The notes below the pieces were generated by a model. The model was not told where the DNA came from. It did no database searches and was given only the letters and a program-made list of their open reading frames with translations. DNA of 64,000 nt, from positions 14,514 through 78,513 of the forward strand of contig JBGTCK010000038.1 of assembly GCA_041748855.1 (NCBI GenBank), given 5' to 3'. The first letter of the stretch is position 1, and every line of letters starts with the position of its first letter. The position numbers and the translations under genes were made by a program. Positions 35,828-44,779 of the stretch are shown piece after piece. This stretch comes from Acidimicrobiia bacterium. GTDB lineage: Bacteria; Actinomycetota; Acidimicrobiia; Spongiisociales; ZC4RG35.

Positions 35828-36975
35828 GCTTCATGAAGTCGATCCGCTTCAAGCTCTCTGTTCAGTACTCGGCCGTCGTGTTCGGGCTTGGTGGGGCCCT
35901 GCTCGGGCTTGTCTACCTGGGCCTGCAGTACTGGTTCCGCAATCAATCGATGAATCGTTACGTCATCTCAGGTGAGCCGGTGAGGGTCGACGGGGAAGTG
36001 ATCGGCATGATCCCCGAACTCACCGACAACGACATGGCGATGATCGAGACCGTCTACAACGAGATAGTTCTCGACGAGGTGGCCCGATTCAGCATTTTCG
36101 GTCTCTCGGGCCTGTTCTTGCTGAGCCTGGTGGTGGGGTGGTTCATGTCAGGTCGGGTGCTCAAGCCCATCGACCAGATAACCAAACTGGCCAGGGAAAT
36201 CGAGGTCTCGGATCTGAGCCGCAGGATCGACCTCAAAGGACCCGACGACGAGCTGTCCCGCCTCGCCGCCACGATCGACGGAATGCTGGAGAGGCTGGAT
36301 CGGGCTTTCCGGGGCCAGAAGCGATTCCTCGCCGATACCAGCCACGATCTGAGGACTCCACTCGCCGTGATCCGATCCAACGTCGAAGTCGCCCTCGATG
36401 ATCCTGAGACCAATCCCACAGAGTGGAGGGAGACCGGGGAGATCATCCAGCGGAACGTGGAGAAGATGGGGGAGATGATCGATAGCCTTCTGGTAGTCGC
36501 TCGCGCCGAGACCGCAAACACTTCCCCTGCCCCCATCGACCTCGCTGAGCTAGTCCAACGTAAGGCGCGTGAATATCAGCCCGCGATCCAGGAGGCGGCG
36601 TTGGCTCTGGACGTGCTGTCTGGTTCGGCCTACGTCATGGGCGTGGAACTTGCCATTGAACGAGCCTTCTCCAACCTCATCGACAACGCGATCAGGGCGG
36701 CTCCGCCGGGGTCGCGACTCAAGCTTGCCTCTGGCGAAACGGAGGGGTGGGCCTACCTGGCTGTCGATGACGAAGGCCCCGGACTCCAACTCGATTCGGA
36801 GGAACTCCCCATTGGGCTCGGTCTTTCCATCGTCGAGCGGGTTGCCGACTCACACGGCGGGGCGTTGGTGTCTTTCTCCGGTAGTCCGGGCAGCGGCGCG
36901 ACAATGGTGATGTGGCTCCCTACCACCAGGCAAAAAGGTGCACATCCGAATAACCCTCCCTTTACGAATGGTTAA
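35824..36975 (+). CDS. sensor histidine kinase (HAMP-HisKA-HATPase)
   Basis: 2 TM segments and a HAMP domain, the H-box FLADTSHDLRTPLAVI, an N-box NLIDNAIRAA, and G-boxes. It overlaps the regulator stop (GTGA). Confidence 0.9.
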   Translation: MSFMKSIRFKLSVQYSAVVFGLGGALLGLVYLGLQYWFRNQSMNRYVISGEPVRVDGEVIGMIPELTDNDMAMIETVYNEIVLDEVARFSIFGLSGLFLLSLVVGWFMSGRVLKPIDQITKLAREIEVSDLSRRIDLKGPDDELSRLAATIDGMLERLDRAFRGQKRFLADTSHDLRTPLAVIRSNVEVALDDPETNPTEWRETGEIIQRNVEKMGEMIDSLLVVARAETANTSPAPIDLAELVQRKAREYQPAIQEAALALDVLSGSAYVMGVELAIERAFSNLIDNAIRAAPPGSRLKLASGETEGWAYLAVDDEGPGLQLDSEELPIGLGLSIVERVADSHGGALVSFSGSPGSGATMVMWLPTTRQKGAHPNNPPFTNG

Positions 36976-37020
36976 AGAGTTGTCCCTACCGTCAACAGCG
37001 CCACAGAAGAACAGGAAGAC

Positions 37021-38115
37021 ATGACCGAATTCCCCGAACACCATCACTCCACGCCAGAGGAGCCGTCCCCGCGTGAGAGCAAGTGGTTTGCACGGCTCCT
37101 GCTGATGCTGTTAGTCGTGGGCTCGGCGGCCGGGATCACCTGGTTGGTCGCCACATCTCCGCCGGAACCCGAAGTGGCCGCCGTTGAGGAAACCACTACG
37201 ACAACTGAGCCTCTCGAAGTTCCAGTAACCACCCCTCTCGCAGGTGTTGAGCCGATCGCTGATGCCGCAGAGAAGATTTTGCCTTCTGTCGTCCAGATCA
37301 GGACAGCAGATGGGGTCGGGTCGGGCGTCGTCTTCGGTGAGGGGCTCATTCTGACCGCCGCCCACGTCGTCGAAGGCGAGACAACGGTGCAGGTCCGGCT
37401 CGAGGATGGAGAAAACGTAGAAGGCACCGTGCTCGGAGGCACTGCCGAAGCCGATATTGCAGTGATCCAGATCGACCGGACCGATGTCCCGGTGGCCACG
37501 CTCGCCCTGGACTACACGCCCCGGGTCGGCCAGACCGCCATCGCGGTCGGATCACCTTGGGGGCTCACCTCGACTGTCACCGCAGGCATCATCTCCGCCG
37601 TCAACCAACCGCTGGGTTGTGCACCGGGAGGTGTGTGCAGATCGATGCTGCAGACCGATGCCGCGATCAACCCGGGTAACTCCGGAGGTGCCCTCCTCGA
37701 CCGCGAGGGTCGGGTGCTGGGGATCAACGTCTCGATCTTCTCCCTTTCGGGGGCGAACGATGGCGTCGGGTTCGCCGTGCCGATCGATGTTGCATATGAC
37801 ATCGCGCAAGCAGTTATCGCAGGGGAAAACATCGAGTTCGCCTTCCTCGGGGTGATGGGCGAGGACGTCACCACCGGCCAGGCCGGTGCTCGGATAACCG
37901 ATGTGATGGAAGGCGGTGCAGCCGCCGAAGCCGGCTTCGAGGTGAACGACCTGGTCATTTCCATCGACGGGGTCAGAGTGCAGGGCATCACCGACCTGGC
38001 TTCACAGGTCCGGACTCACCGCCCGGGAGAACTGGTCGAGTTCACCATCATCCGCGACGGAGCTGAGATCACCCTCCAAGCCACCCTAGGAGTCCGCGAA
38101 GACGAAGCCAGCTGA
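37021..38115 (+). CDS. HtrA/DegP-family serine protease with PDZ domain
   Basis: N-terminal TM helix, a trypsin-like core (TAAHVV, DIAVI, GNSGGAL) and a C-terminal PDZ domain. The arrangement of response regulator, kinase and protease resembles mprA-mprB-pepD. Confidence 0.9.
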   Translation: MTEFPEHHHSTPEEPSPRESKWFARLLLMLLVVGSAAGITWLVATSPPEPEVAAVEETTTTTEPLEVPVTTPLAGVEPIADAAEKILPSVVQIRTADGVGSGVVFGEGLILTAAHVVEGETTVQVRLEDGENVEGTVLGGTAEADIAVIQIDRTDVPVATLALDYTPRVGQTAIAVGSPWGLTSTVTAGIISAVNQPLGCAPGGVCRSMLQTDAAINPGNSGGALLDREGRVLGINVSIFSLSGANDGVGFAVPIDVAYDIAQAVIAGENIEFAFLGVMGEDVTTGQAGARITDVMEGGAAAEAGFEVNDLVISIDGVRVQGITDLASQVRTHRPGELVEFTIIRDGAEITLQATLGVREDEAS

Positions 38116-38123
38116 TTCATGCA

Positions 38124-38426
38124 AGGGGGCGACCCCTGATCTGCCCCCGGAGGCGGAGCCGAATGGGGGAAAGGTCCCTGCGCCCCCAGCGAGCGAGCGA
38201 GCGGCTGTTCCCCCGGAGGCGAAGCCGAATGGGGGAAAGGTCCCTGCGCCCGACGAAGGAGGGCGGAGGTAAGGGGGCATGAAACCTCTCCAAGTTGAGA
38301 GCAGACGCGTCAACGGAATACGTCGATCAACGTTGTTGGGCACGAGCCCCCTCCCCGGCTCCTTCGTCGCCGGTACTCCTCCCACCCTTCGGGCGGTGGA
38401 GAGTTGTAGTCGGAGGGAGAGGCTCC
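38124..38426 (-). repeat. mosaic hairpin-rich intergenic repeat, copy 3 (- orientation)
   Basis: The reverse complement aligns block-for-block with copies 1 and 2. The GGGACCTTTCCCCCATTCGG...GGGGG module is present twice, separated by a (GCGA)4 microsatellite. Confidence 0.85.
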
Positions 38427-38439
38427 TGGACATCCGCTA

Positions 38440-38648
38440 TGCTGGGTTTGCCCGTCATATGCGGCGGGTGTCTGAAGAGCAGCGAAGTCGGTTGGATCCC
38501 GGCGCTGTCCCGCAACTGTGATGCCTCATCTGAGGACGAGCCAGGTCGCCTGATCTCCAGACCACAGAGAAGTCTCGGATGAAGACGGACCAGGTGACTC
38601 AGGGAAGCCACCCCATCTTCATCCTCCGGAACACGGAGGATGTTTCAT
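38440..38648 (+). promoter_or_regulatory. cobalamin (B12) riboswitch with SD-sequestering expression platform
   Basis: The core GCGAAGTCGGTTGGATCCCGGCGCTGTCCCGCAACTGTGA (38485-38522) and the B12-box-like GAGCCAGGTCGCCTG (38538-52) match the consensus as I remember it. The hairpin CATCCTCCG-GAACA-CGGAGGATG (38620-42) buries the GGAGGA SD 9 nt before the ATG at 38650. The downstream genes are B12 uptake and adenosylation. Confidence 0.75.
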
Positions 38649-38649
38649 T

Positions 38650-39627
38650 ATGAGAAGGTATTCCCTTCTGATCTCACTCGTGCTGGTTGCCTCTGCCTGC
38701 GGCAGCGACGGCGCAACGACAACGATCGCTTCGGGCGTCACGACGACCACTGTCGGCGAGACCACGACCACCTTGGCGGAGACCACAACCACCGCCGGCA
38801 GCGGATTTCCGGTGACGGTGCAGGCAGCGAACGGCGCGGTCGAGATCGCAGCGATGCCCACTGCGATCGTCTCGCTGTCGCCCTCGGCCACCGAGAACCT
38901 GTTTGCCATCGGTGCCGGCGACCAGGTGGCGGCGGTTGACGATCAGTCGAATTACCCGGAGGAGGCACCAGTTACTGATCTCTCCGGATTCACACCGAAC
39001 CTCGAGTCAATCCTCAGCTATGAGCCCGATCTGGTGGTCATCACCTTCGATCCCGGTGATCTGATTGCTGGGTTGAACGCGGTCGGAATCCCAACCTTGC
39101 TGCTTCCTTCGGCAACTTCGATTGACGATGCTTTTGTTGAGATCGAGACGCTTGGAGTCGCCACCGGACATGTAGGCGAGGCTGCTGAAGTGGTGTTGGC
39201 CATGCAAATTGACATCGATGAGGTTGTCGCCGAGTTCGGTGAGGAGCTTGCCGGTGTAACCATCTATCACGAGCTGGACAACACCCTCTACTCGGTCTCG
39301 TCATCGAGCTACGTGGGTGAGCTTTACAGCCGCCTCGGCCTCGTCAACATCGCAGATGAGGCAGATCCTGATGGTTTCGGCTATCCACAACTCTCTCCCG
39401 AGTACATCGTGTCCGCCGACCCCGATGTGATCTTGCTCGCCGATGCGGCTTACGGGGAGTCGATCGACACGCTGCGGGAACGGCCAGGATGGGCGGAGAT
39501 GACCGCAGTCCAGTCCGAAGCGGTGGTCGAAATCGATCCTGATCGTGCATCCCGGTGGACTCCGCGCAGTGTGGAGTTCTTGCGAGAGGTCGCCGAAGCC
39601 ATCGCCCTTCTGGTGCCGGTTGGTTGA
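38650..39627 (+). CDS. ABC transporter substrate-binding lipoprotein, BtuF/FhuD-like (cobalamin/siderophore class)
   Basis: Lipobox LVASACGS and a Thr-rich linker, then a class III periplasmic-binding-protein pattern. Sits under the B12 riboswitch. Confidence 0.8.
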   Translation: MRRYSLLISLVLVASACGSDGATTTIASGVTTTTVGETTTTLAETTTTAGSGFPVTVQAANGAVEIAAMPTAIVSLSPSATENLFAIGAGDQVAAVDDQSNYPEEAPVTDLSGFTPNLESILSYEPDLVVITFDPGDLIAGLNAVGIPTLLLPSATSIDDAFVEIETLGVATGHVGEAAEVVLAMQIDIDEVVAEFGEELAGVTIYHELDNTLYSVSSSSYVGELYSRLGLVNIADEADPDGFGYPQLSPEYIVSADPDVILLADAAYGESIDTLRERPGWAEMTAVQSEAVVEIDPDRASRWTPRSVEFLREVAEAIALLVPVG

Positions 39628-39650
39628 GACGTAAGGAGTCAGCCGAAGTC

Positions 39651-40667
39651 TTGCGACCGGCCCGAGTCGGACCGGTCGCTCTCGGCGTCGCATTCGGTGC
39701 CTGGCTGATGGCATCTCTTGCCGGACTCCTTCTCGGACCGATCGGCTTGGCCCCCGGTGACGCGCTGGGGGCACTGCTCGACGCGTTGCCGGGGGTGAGG
39801 ATCGAGCACGCGCTGACCGAAACCGAGTTGAGGATCCTCTATGACATCCGAGCTCCCCGGGTGGTGATGGGCTCACTGGTTGGTGCCATCCTGGCGGTCG
39901 GCGGAGCTGCCTACCAGGGCGTGTTCCGCAACCCGTTGGCCGACCCGTATCTGCTTGGTGTTGCGGCGGGGGCAGGGTTGGGGGCGACGATTGCATTCGG
40001 GCTGGGCCTCGATGCGACACTGGTGACTGCCCTGGCGTTCATCGGCGCGGTCGTGGCGGTGGCGGCTACATACCTCTTGGGCAGGTCGATGGGGAACAGG
40101 ACCGCAACCGCCCTCATCCTTGCCGGGGTGGCGGTCTCTGCCTTTGCCACCGCTTTCCAGACCTACCTGCTCCAGCGCAATGTCGAAACGCTCCGGTCGG
40201 TCTATACCTGGGTCTTCGGGCGGCTGACCACGGTGGGCTGGACACAAGTGCTCGGGTTGCTTCCTTATGCCGTCGTCGCAATTGTCCTGATCTTCATCCA
40301 CCGCCGCGCTCTCGACGTGCTCGGGGTCGGTGACGACGAGGCCGCAGCCCTCGGGCTCAATGTCGACAGAGTTCGTTGGATCGTAGTGTTGGCGGCGACC
40401 CTGGCCACCGCGGCGGCGGTCTCCGTGAGCGGCCTGATCGGGTTCGTCGGCATCATCGTGCCCCACACGGTCAGGTTGATGACAGGGTGGAGCTATCGGG
40501 TGATTGTCCCGCTGTCCGTGGTGTTCGGAGCTGCCTTTCTCGTGGCCGCAGATATCATCGCCCGCACCGCTGCCGCACCTGCTGAGTTGCCGATCGGGAT
40601 CGTCACGGCATTCGTGGGCGCGCCATTCTTCCTCGTCGTCTTGCGCTCGGTGGGGAGGGACAAATGA
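39651..40667 (+). CDS. FecCD/BtuC-family ABC transporter permease
   Basis: ~9-10 TM segments and a conserved FecCD pattern (RVVMGSLVGA..., GFVGIIVPH). I chose the TTG at 39651, after AAGGAG, in preference to the ORF-track start at 39555, which overlaps the substrate-binding protein gene. Confidence 0.8.
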   Translation: MRPARVGPVALGVAFGAWLMASLAGLLLGPIGLAPGDALGALLDALPGVRIEHALTETELRILYDIRAPRVVMGSLVGAILAVGGAAYQGVFRNPLADPYLLGVAAGAGLGATIAFGLGLDATLVTALAFIGAVVAVAATYLLGRSMGNRTATALILAGVAVSAFATAFQTYLLQRNVETLRSVYTWVFGRLTTVGWTQVLGLLPYAVVAIVLIFIHRRALDVLGVGDDEAAALGLNVDRVRWIVVLAATLATAAAVSVSGLIGFVGIIVPHTVRLMTGWSYRVIVPLSVVFGAAFLVAADIIARTAAAPAELPIGIVTAFVGAPFFLVVLRSVGRDK

Positions 40668-41404
40668 TCCGCTGGCGCGGTGTTTCGGTCGAATACAGCG
40701 GTTTCGCAGTCGGACCGGTGGACATCGAGGTCGAAAGCGGCCAGTGGGTGGCGCTGATCGGCCCTAACGGTGCCGGCAAGTCGACGATCCTGAAAGCTGC
40801 AATCGGAGGGGTCGAGCACACGGGCGAGGTCTCCTTCGGAAATGGTGCCCGGCGGCCCGGGATCGATGTTGCCTGGATGCCGCAGCGGCCGACCCTTCCC
40901 GACGAGATGACCGTCGCCGACTACGCACTGCTCGGGCGGACCCCCTATCTCGGATATCTCCAGAGTGAGCGCGCTGTCGACTTCGACGCTACCGAAGCCG
41001 CTCTACGCAAACTCGACCTTCTCGGGCTGGCGGCGAGACAGCTGGGAACCCTGTCCGGCGGTGAGGCACAACGGGTGGTGCTGGCCCGGGCGCTGGCACA
41101 GGAGAGCCCCGTGCTGCTGCTCGACGAGCCCACGTCGAGCCTCGACCTCGGGCACGCCGTCGAGGTGCTTGAACTCATCGACCGACTCCGTCTCGACCGC
41201 GGGCTCACCGTGGTTACCGCCATCCACGACCTCACCCTGGCCGAGCGGTTCGCTGATCGCCTGATCCTCCTGTCGGGAGGACGAGTGGTGGCTGAAGGCA
41301 CCGGGGCGGAGGTACTCACTCGCGATCTGCTCAAAGCCCACTACGGGAGTGGTGTGGTAGTGGTCGACCAGGGTGGGCGCCCTACTGTTATCCCGAACAG
41401 ATAG
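40664..41404 (+). CDS. ABC transporter ATP-binding protein (BtuD/FecE-like)
   Basis: Walker A GPNGAGKST, signature LSGGEAQRV and Walker B LLLDEPTSSLD. ATGA overlap with the permease. Confidence 0.9.
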   Translation: MIRWRGVSVEYSGFAVGPVDIEVESGQWVALIGPNGAGKSTILKAAIGGVEHTGEVSFGNGARRPGIDVAWMPQRPTLPDEMTVADYALLGRTPYLGYLQSERAVDFDATEAALRKLDLLGLAARQLGTLSGGEAQRVVLARALAQESPVLLLDEPTSSLDLGHAVEVLELIDRLRLDRGLTVVTAIHDLTLAERFADRLILLSGGRVVAEGTGAEVLTRDLLKAHYGSGVVVVDQGGRPTVIPNR

Positions 41405-41415
41405 GCTGAATCAAG

Positions 41416-41982
41416 ATGACCGACCAGAAGCCGCCGCGGGAGGCACCACCCAAAGGAGATGTCCGGGAGCCCTCTCTGCTTCTCGTGAACACAGGTGATG
41501 GCAAAGGAAAGTCGACTGCAGCATTCGGCACCCTGCTCCGGGCGGTCTCCCGGGGCTGGTCGGTGGCGGTGGTCCAGTTCCTGAAGTCGGGTGATTGGCA
41601 GGTGGGCGAGGAGAAGATCCTCACGGGCCTCGGGGTCGATTGGTGGGCAATGGGCGATGGGTTCACCTGGGATTCGGTGGACATTGACGAGTCCGAGGCG
41701 ATTGCACATGGCGCATGGGAGCGGGCCAGAGAAATCATCGAGTCGGGCGACTACGACGTTGTGCTGCTCGATGAGATCACTTACCCGATCAACTGGGGCT
41801 GGATCGACGAGAGCCAGGTCGTGTCTACGTTGACCTCGAGGCCGGAGCGCACCAGCGTCATCCTCACCGGCCGTGAAGCTTCGGCAGGGCTTGTCGACAT
41901 GGCCGACACCGTCACGGAGATGAAGAAGGTGAAACACGCCTATGACCGGGGCGTGATGGCGCGACGGGGAATCGATTACTAG
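41416..41982 (+). CDS. cobO: cob(I)yrinic acid a,c-diamide adenosyltransferase
   Basis: NTGDGKGKSTAAFG, VQFLKSG and LDEITYPINWGWI match the CobO/BtuR family. Confidence 0.9.
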   Translation: MTDQKPPREAPPKGDVREPSLLLVNTGDGKGKSTAAFGTLLRAVSRGWSVAVVQFLKSGDWQVGEEKILTGLGVDWWAMGDGFTWDSVDIDESEAIAHGAWERAREIIESGDYDVVLLDEITYPINWGWIDESQVVSTLTSRPERTSVILTGREASAGLVDMADTVTEMKKVKHAYDRGVMARRGIDY

Positions 41983-41997
41983 GAACCGGCTCCTGGT

Positions 41998-42717
41998 TCA
42001 GATTCCGAGGTGCTCGAAGAGAAACGCTCTCCGGTCGGTCTTCGCCTCTGCAACCGCCATGCTGTGGTCGGAGTCGTACGGAATCATGAGTTTCGGTTCC
42101 TGTGCGGCGCCGAACAGTTCGGTCGCCGTCATCGCTGATATGTAGAAATCTTTGAGGGCGAACTGGAAGAGAACCGGGGCTGAGAGACCCTTCACCGCCC
42201 TGATCGGATCGAAAGGTTCGAGCGACCGCATGTAGTCGAACCGGTCACCGGATATCGGCCAGAACCGGAGAAACCAGTCTCCCCAGCGGGTTGTAGGTGC
42301 GATCATCACCACACAAGCTGGATCGATCTCTGCCGCAAGCAGCACGCCATGCATGGCCCCGAAATCGTGTCCGACTATGGCGATCCTTCCTTGATCGATA
42401 TCTTCCCGGGTTTGGAGGTGCCCGACCGCAGCGCGTAGGGCCAGCCTCTCGGCCTCGAGCCGTTCGATGTCGGCCGTTGCCGACTCCGGGGGTGAGGTCC
42501 AGGGGAACATGAGCTGGGGGAGCAGCGAAACGGTTCCTCGTTCGGCAAGTTCTGCTGCCTCGGCGAGGAATTGGGTGCGGTTGGCATTGGGTGCCTCGTC
42601 GAACCAATGGAGGAACAAGACTCCAGTTCCGTTGGCATGTCCGATGGGTCGTGTCAGGAACGCTTTCTCAGCAAAACCTGCGATCTCGACCTCGGCCGGC
42701 GACTGACTTTCGCTCAT
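41998..42717 (-). CDS. alpha/beta hydrolase
   Basis: 239 aa with a nucleophile-elbow-like IVGHDFGAMHG (Asp in the nucleophile position, as in epoxide-hydrolase-type enzymes) and a late DSDH. Confidence 0.7.
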   Translation of the reverse strand: MSESQSPAEVEIAGFAEKAFLTRPIGHANGTGVLFLHWFDEAPNANRTQFLAEAAELAERGTVSLLPQLMFPWTSPPESATADIERLEAERLALRAAVGHLQTREDIDQGRIAIVGHDFGAMHGVLLAAEIDPACVVMIAPTTRWGDWFLRFWPISGDRFDYMRSLEPFDPIRAVKGLSAPVLFQFALKDFYISAMTATELFGAAQEPKLMIPYDSDHSMAVAEAKTDRRAFLFEHLGI

Positions 42718-42723
42718 TCCGGT

Positions 42724-43020
42724 CTATGCAGGATCTCCGCGAGGTGAGTCAGCCTGCTTTGCGGCGAAGACCGCGGACTGGACGAGAATCCCGGGGATCA
42801 GCCAGTTGATATGAGCGCCAGTTGCGGCGGCCGGGCCACCCTGGGTGATCGCCCCGCCGAAGAGAAAGTCGAACAGGACCAGGAACATCACCGGCTGGAT
42901 CGTGGCGAACACCAGGAGCTGGGGCAGTCTGATGTTCCGGAGGAGGTTCCGTCTGGTGATCACCAGGGTATGGATGAGGGTCCGCCGGAGGGTCAGCTGA
43001 GGGGAAGGTTTGACCGTCAT
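42724..43020 (-). pseudogene. truncated ABC-2 (DrrB-like) permease remnant
   Basis: Only 98 aa. The N-terminus RRNLLRNIRLPQLLVFATIQPVMFLVLF is typical of ~250-aa ABC-2 permeases. The frame ends 6 nt before the hydrolase gene. Confidence 0.7.
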
Positions 43021-43690
43021 CGGCGCTTTCCTCGAGTCCGACCCTTCTTTCCGTCCCCGAAGCCTTTCTCAACCGCAGCAGCGCTCCCGGTCAACGCGAG
43101 AAGACGTCGTCGAGTGTCGGTTTGCGGAGGGCGATGTCCCGGGGTCGGACACCGGCATTGTCGAGCTCTCACCACCTGGGTCGGTGTCTCCACGCCCCGC
43201 AGGACGGGAATGGGCAGATATAGGCCCGGACCGTCGGTTCCTCTCCGGCGACCGACTCGAGGATCTGAGTGACACGCGCGACATCATCGGGTTCGGTGTG
43301 GATTTCGACGACATCGCCACCGAGTCGGTTCTTGAGCTCATCGGGCGTGCCCTCGGCGATCAGCTTGCCGTGGTCGATCACACCGATCCTATCGGCAAGG
43401 CGATCCGCCTCTTCCAGATACTGCGTCGTCAGAAGCAGCGTCAGACCAGCCTCCACAAGCTCTTCGATCAATTCCCAGAGATCGAGCCGGCTGCCCGGAT
43501 CGACACCAGTGGTGGGTTCGTCGAGGGACAGGATCTCAGGACGGCCGACGAAGGAAACCGCCAGGTCGAGCCGTCGCTTCATCCCTCCCGAGTAGGTCTT
43601 GGCAGGGCGTCGGCGGCGTCTGTTGGCCGGATTCGCTCCAGCACTTCTTCAGCACGGCGACGGCACGCCGGGGATGATAGATCCTCTAAG
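43017..43690 (-). pseudogene. decayed DrrA-like ABC ATPase remnant (no Walker A; frameshifts and an in-frame stop)
   Basis: The ORF 43169-43582 starts inside the ABC signature ([10 protein letters not shown]), keeps Walker B ([12 protein letters not shown]) and ends at a premature TGA. ELDNAGV...PTLDDVF continues in frame after that stop. ALTGS... is in another frame, and the upstream [14 protein letters not shown] in a third. The N-terminal ~100 aa are absent. Confidence 0.75.
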
Positions 43691-44759
43691 ACCGACGGCT
43701 GGCCGACAACTCGAAGAGCCGGACGGCTCCTTCGCCGAGAGCCTCGAATCGGTCATCCCCGGTCTGGCCCCGAAGCCAGCGGATGTAGATCTGCTGGAGA
43801 ATCACTCCCAGTTTCCACGTGCCGAAGACCACATACCACTCCACGTTGGAGAGATCGCGGCCGGAACTTGTTGCGTACCGTTCGAGGGCGTCAGCCCGCC
43901 TCATCCAACCCGGTGCAGAAGTTGGCATCGGTTTGAGTGACGAAGGTGCTTCGCCGGGGTCGTACCAGGTTGCCATCAGAGTGCCGAGATCGGCTAGAGG
44001 GTCGCCGCGGGTCGCCATGTCCCAGTCGTAGACGGCCGCACATTTCCCCGGGTCGTCCGGTGACACAGCCATGTTGTCGAGGCGCCAGTCGTTGTGGATC
44101 AGTGCTGGAGCTGGAGACTCGGGGATCCGGTCCCGCAACCACTCTGCCACCTCGTCGGCAGCGTCGTTGGGCTGGTCCCGAGCGGCCTCCCATCGTTTTG
44201 ACCAGCCATCGACCTGTCTCTGCAGAAACCCATCGGGGTGTCCGAGATCGTCGAGGTCACATTCGGCGGGCTCGACAGCGTGAAGCTCGGCCAGGGTGTC
44301 GACCACTACCTCGGATAGCATTCGATTGGAGTCGACATCGGAGCCGCCTCCGAAGATGTCAGGCACAGTCTCCCGGACCACGACGCCGGGCAGACGCTTC
44401 ATGATGAAGAAGGGGCTACCGATCACGCCCGTGTCTTCGCACAGTGCCAGGGCTTGCGGGGCCAGAGGGAAGGCTTTCCACAATCGGGCAAGCACCCGGT
44501 ATTCACGGGCCATGTCATGAGATCCCTCGGCCACTGGCCCGAGCGGGGGACGTCGGAGCACCAACTCCTCTCCGTTTGGGTAGGTGAGCAGATAGGTGAG
44601 ATTCGCCCTCCCGTTCGAGAACTGGCTGACAGCAGGTACCTCGCCGGGCAGTGCGGTCTGAGCTGAAACCCACTCGTTGAAAGCGGTGATGTCGAAGACT
44701 TCGTCCTCTCGGACCGGGATCACATCTGTCACAGGGCCGAGAATAAACGGCTGCCCCAA
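43686..44759 (-). CDS. phosphotransferase (APH/ACAD10-11-type kinase-fold) family protein
   Basis: LRRPPLGP, LIHNDWRLDNM (catalytic loop) and YDWDMATRGDPLADLG. Confidence 0.85.
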   Translation of the reverse strand: MGQPFILGPVTDVIPVREDEVFDITAFNEWVSAQTALPGEVPAVSQFSNGRANLTYLLTYPNGEELVLRRPPLGPVAEGSHDMAREYRVLARLWKAFPLAPQALALCEDTGVIGSPFFIMKRLPGVVVRETVPDIFGGGSDVDSNRMLSEVVVDTLAELHAVEPAECDLDDLGHPDGFLQRQVDGWSKRWEAARDQPNDAADEVAEWLRDRIPESPAPALIHNDWRLDNMAVSPDDPGKCAAVYDWDMATRGDPLADLGTLMATWYDPGEAPSSLKPMPTSAPGWMRRADALERYATSSGRDLSNVEWYVVFGTWKLGVILQQIYIRWLRGQTGDDRFEALGEGAVRLFELSASRRS

Positions 44760-44779
44760 ACCCGGGGCGGACCAGATCG

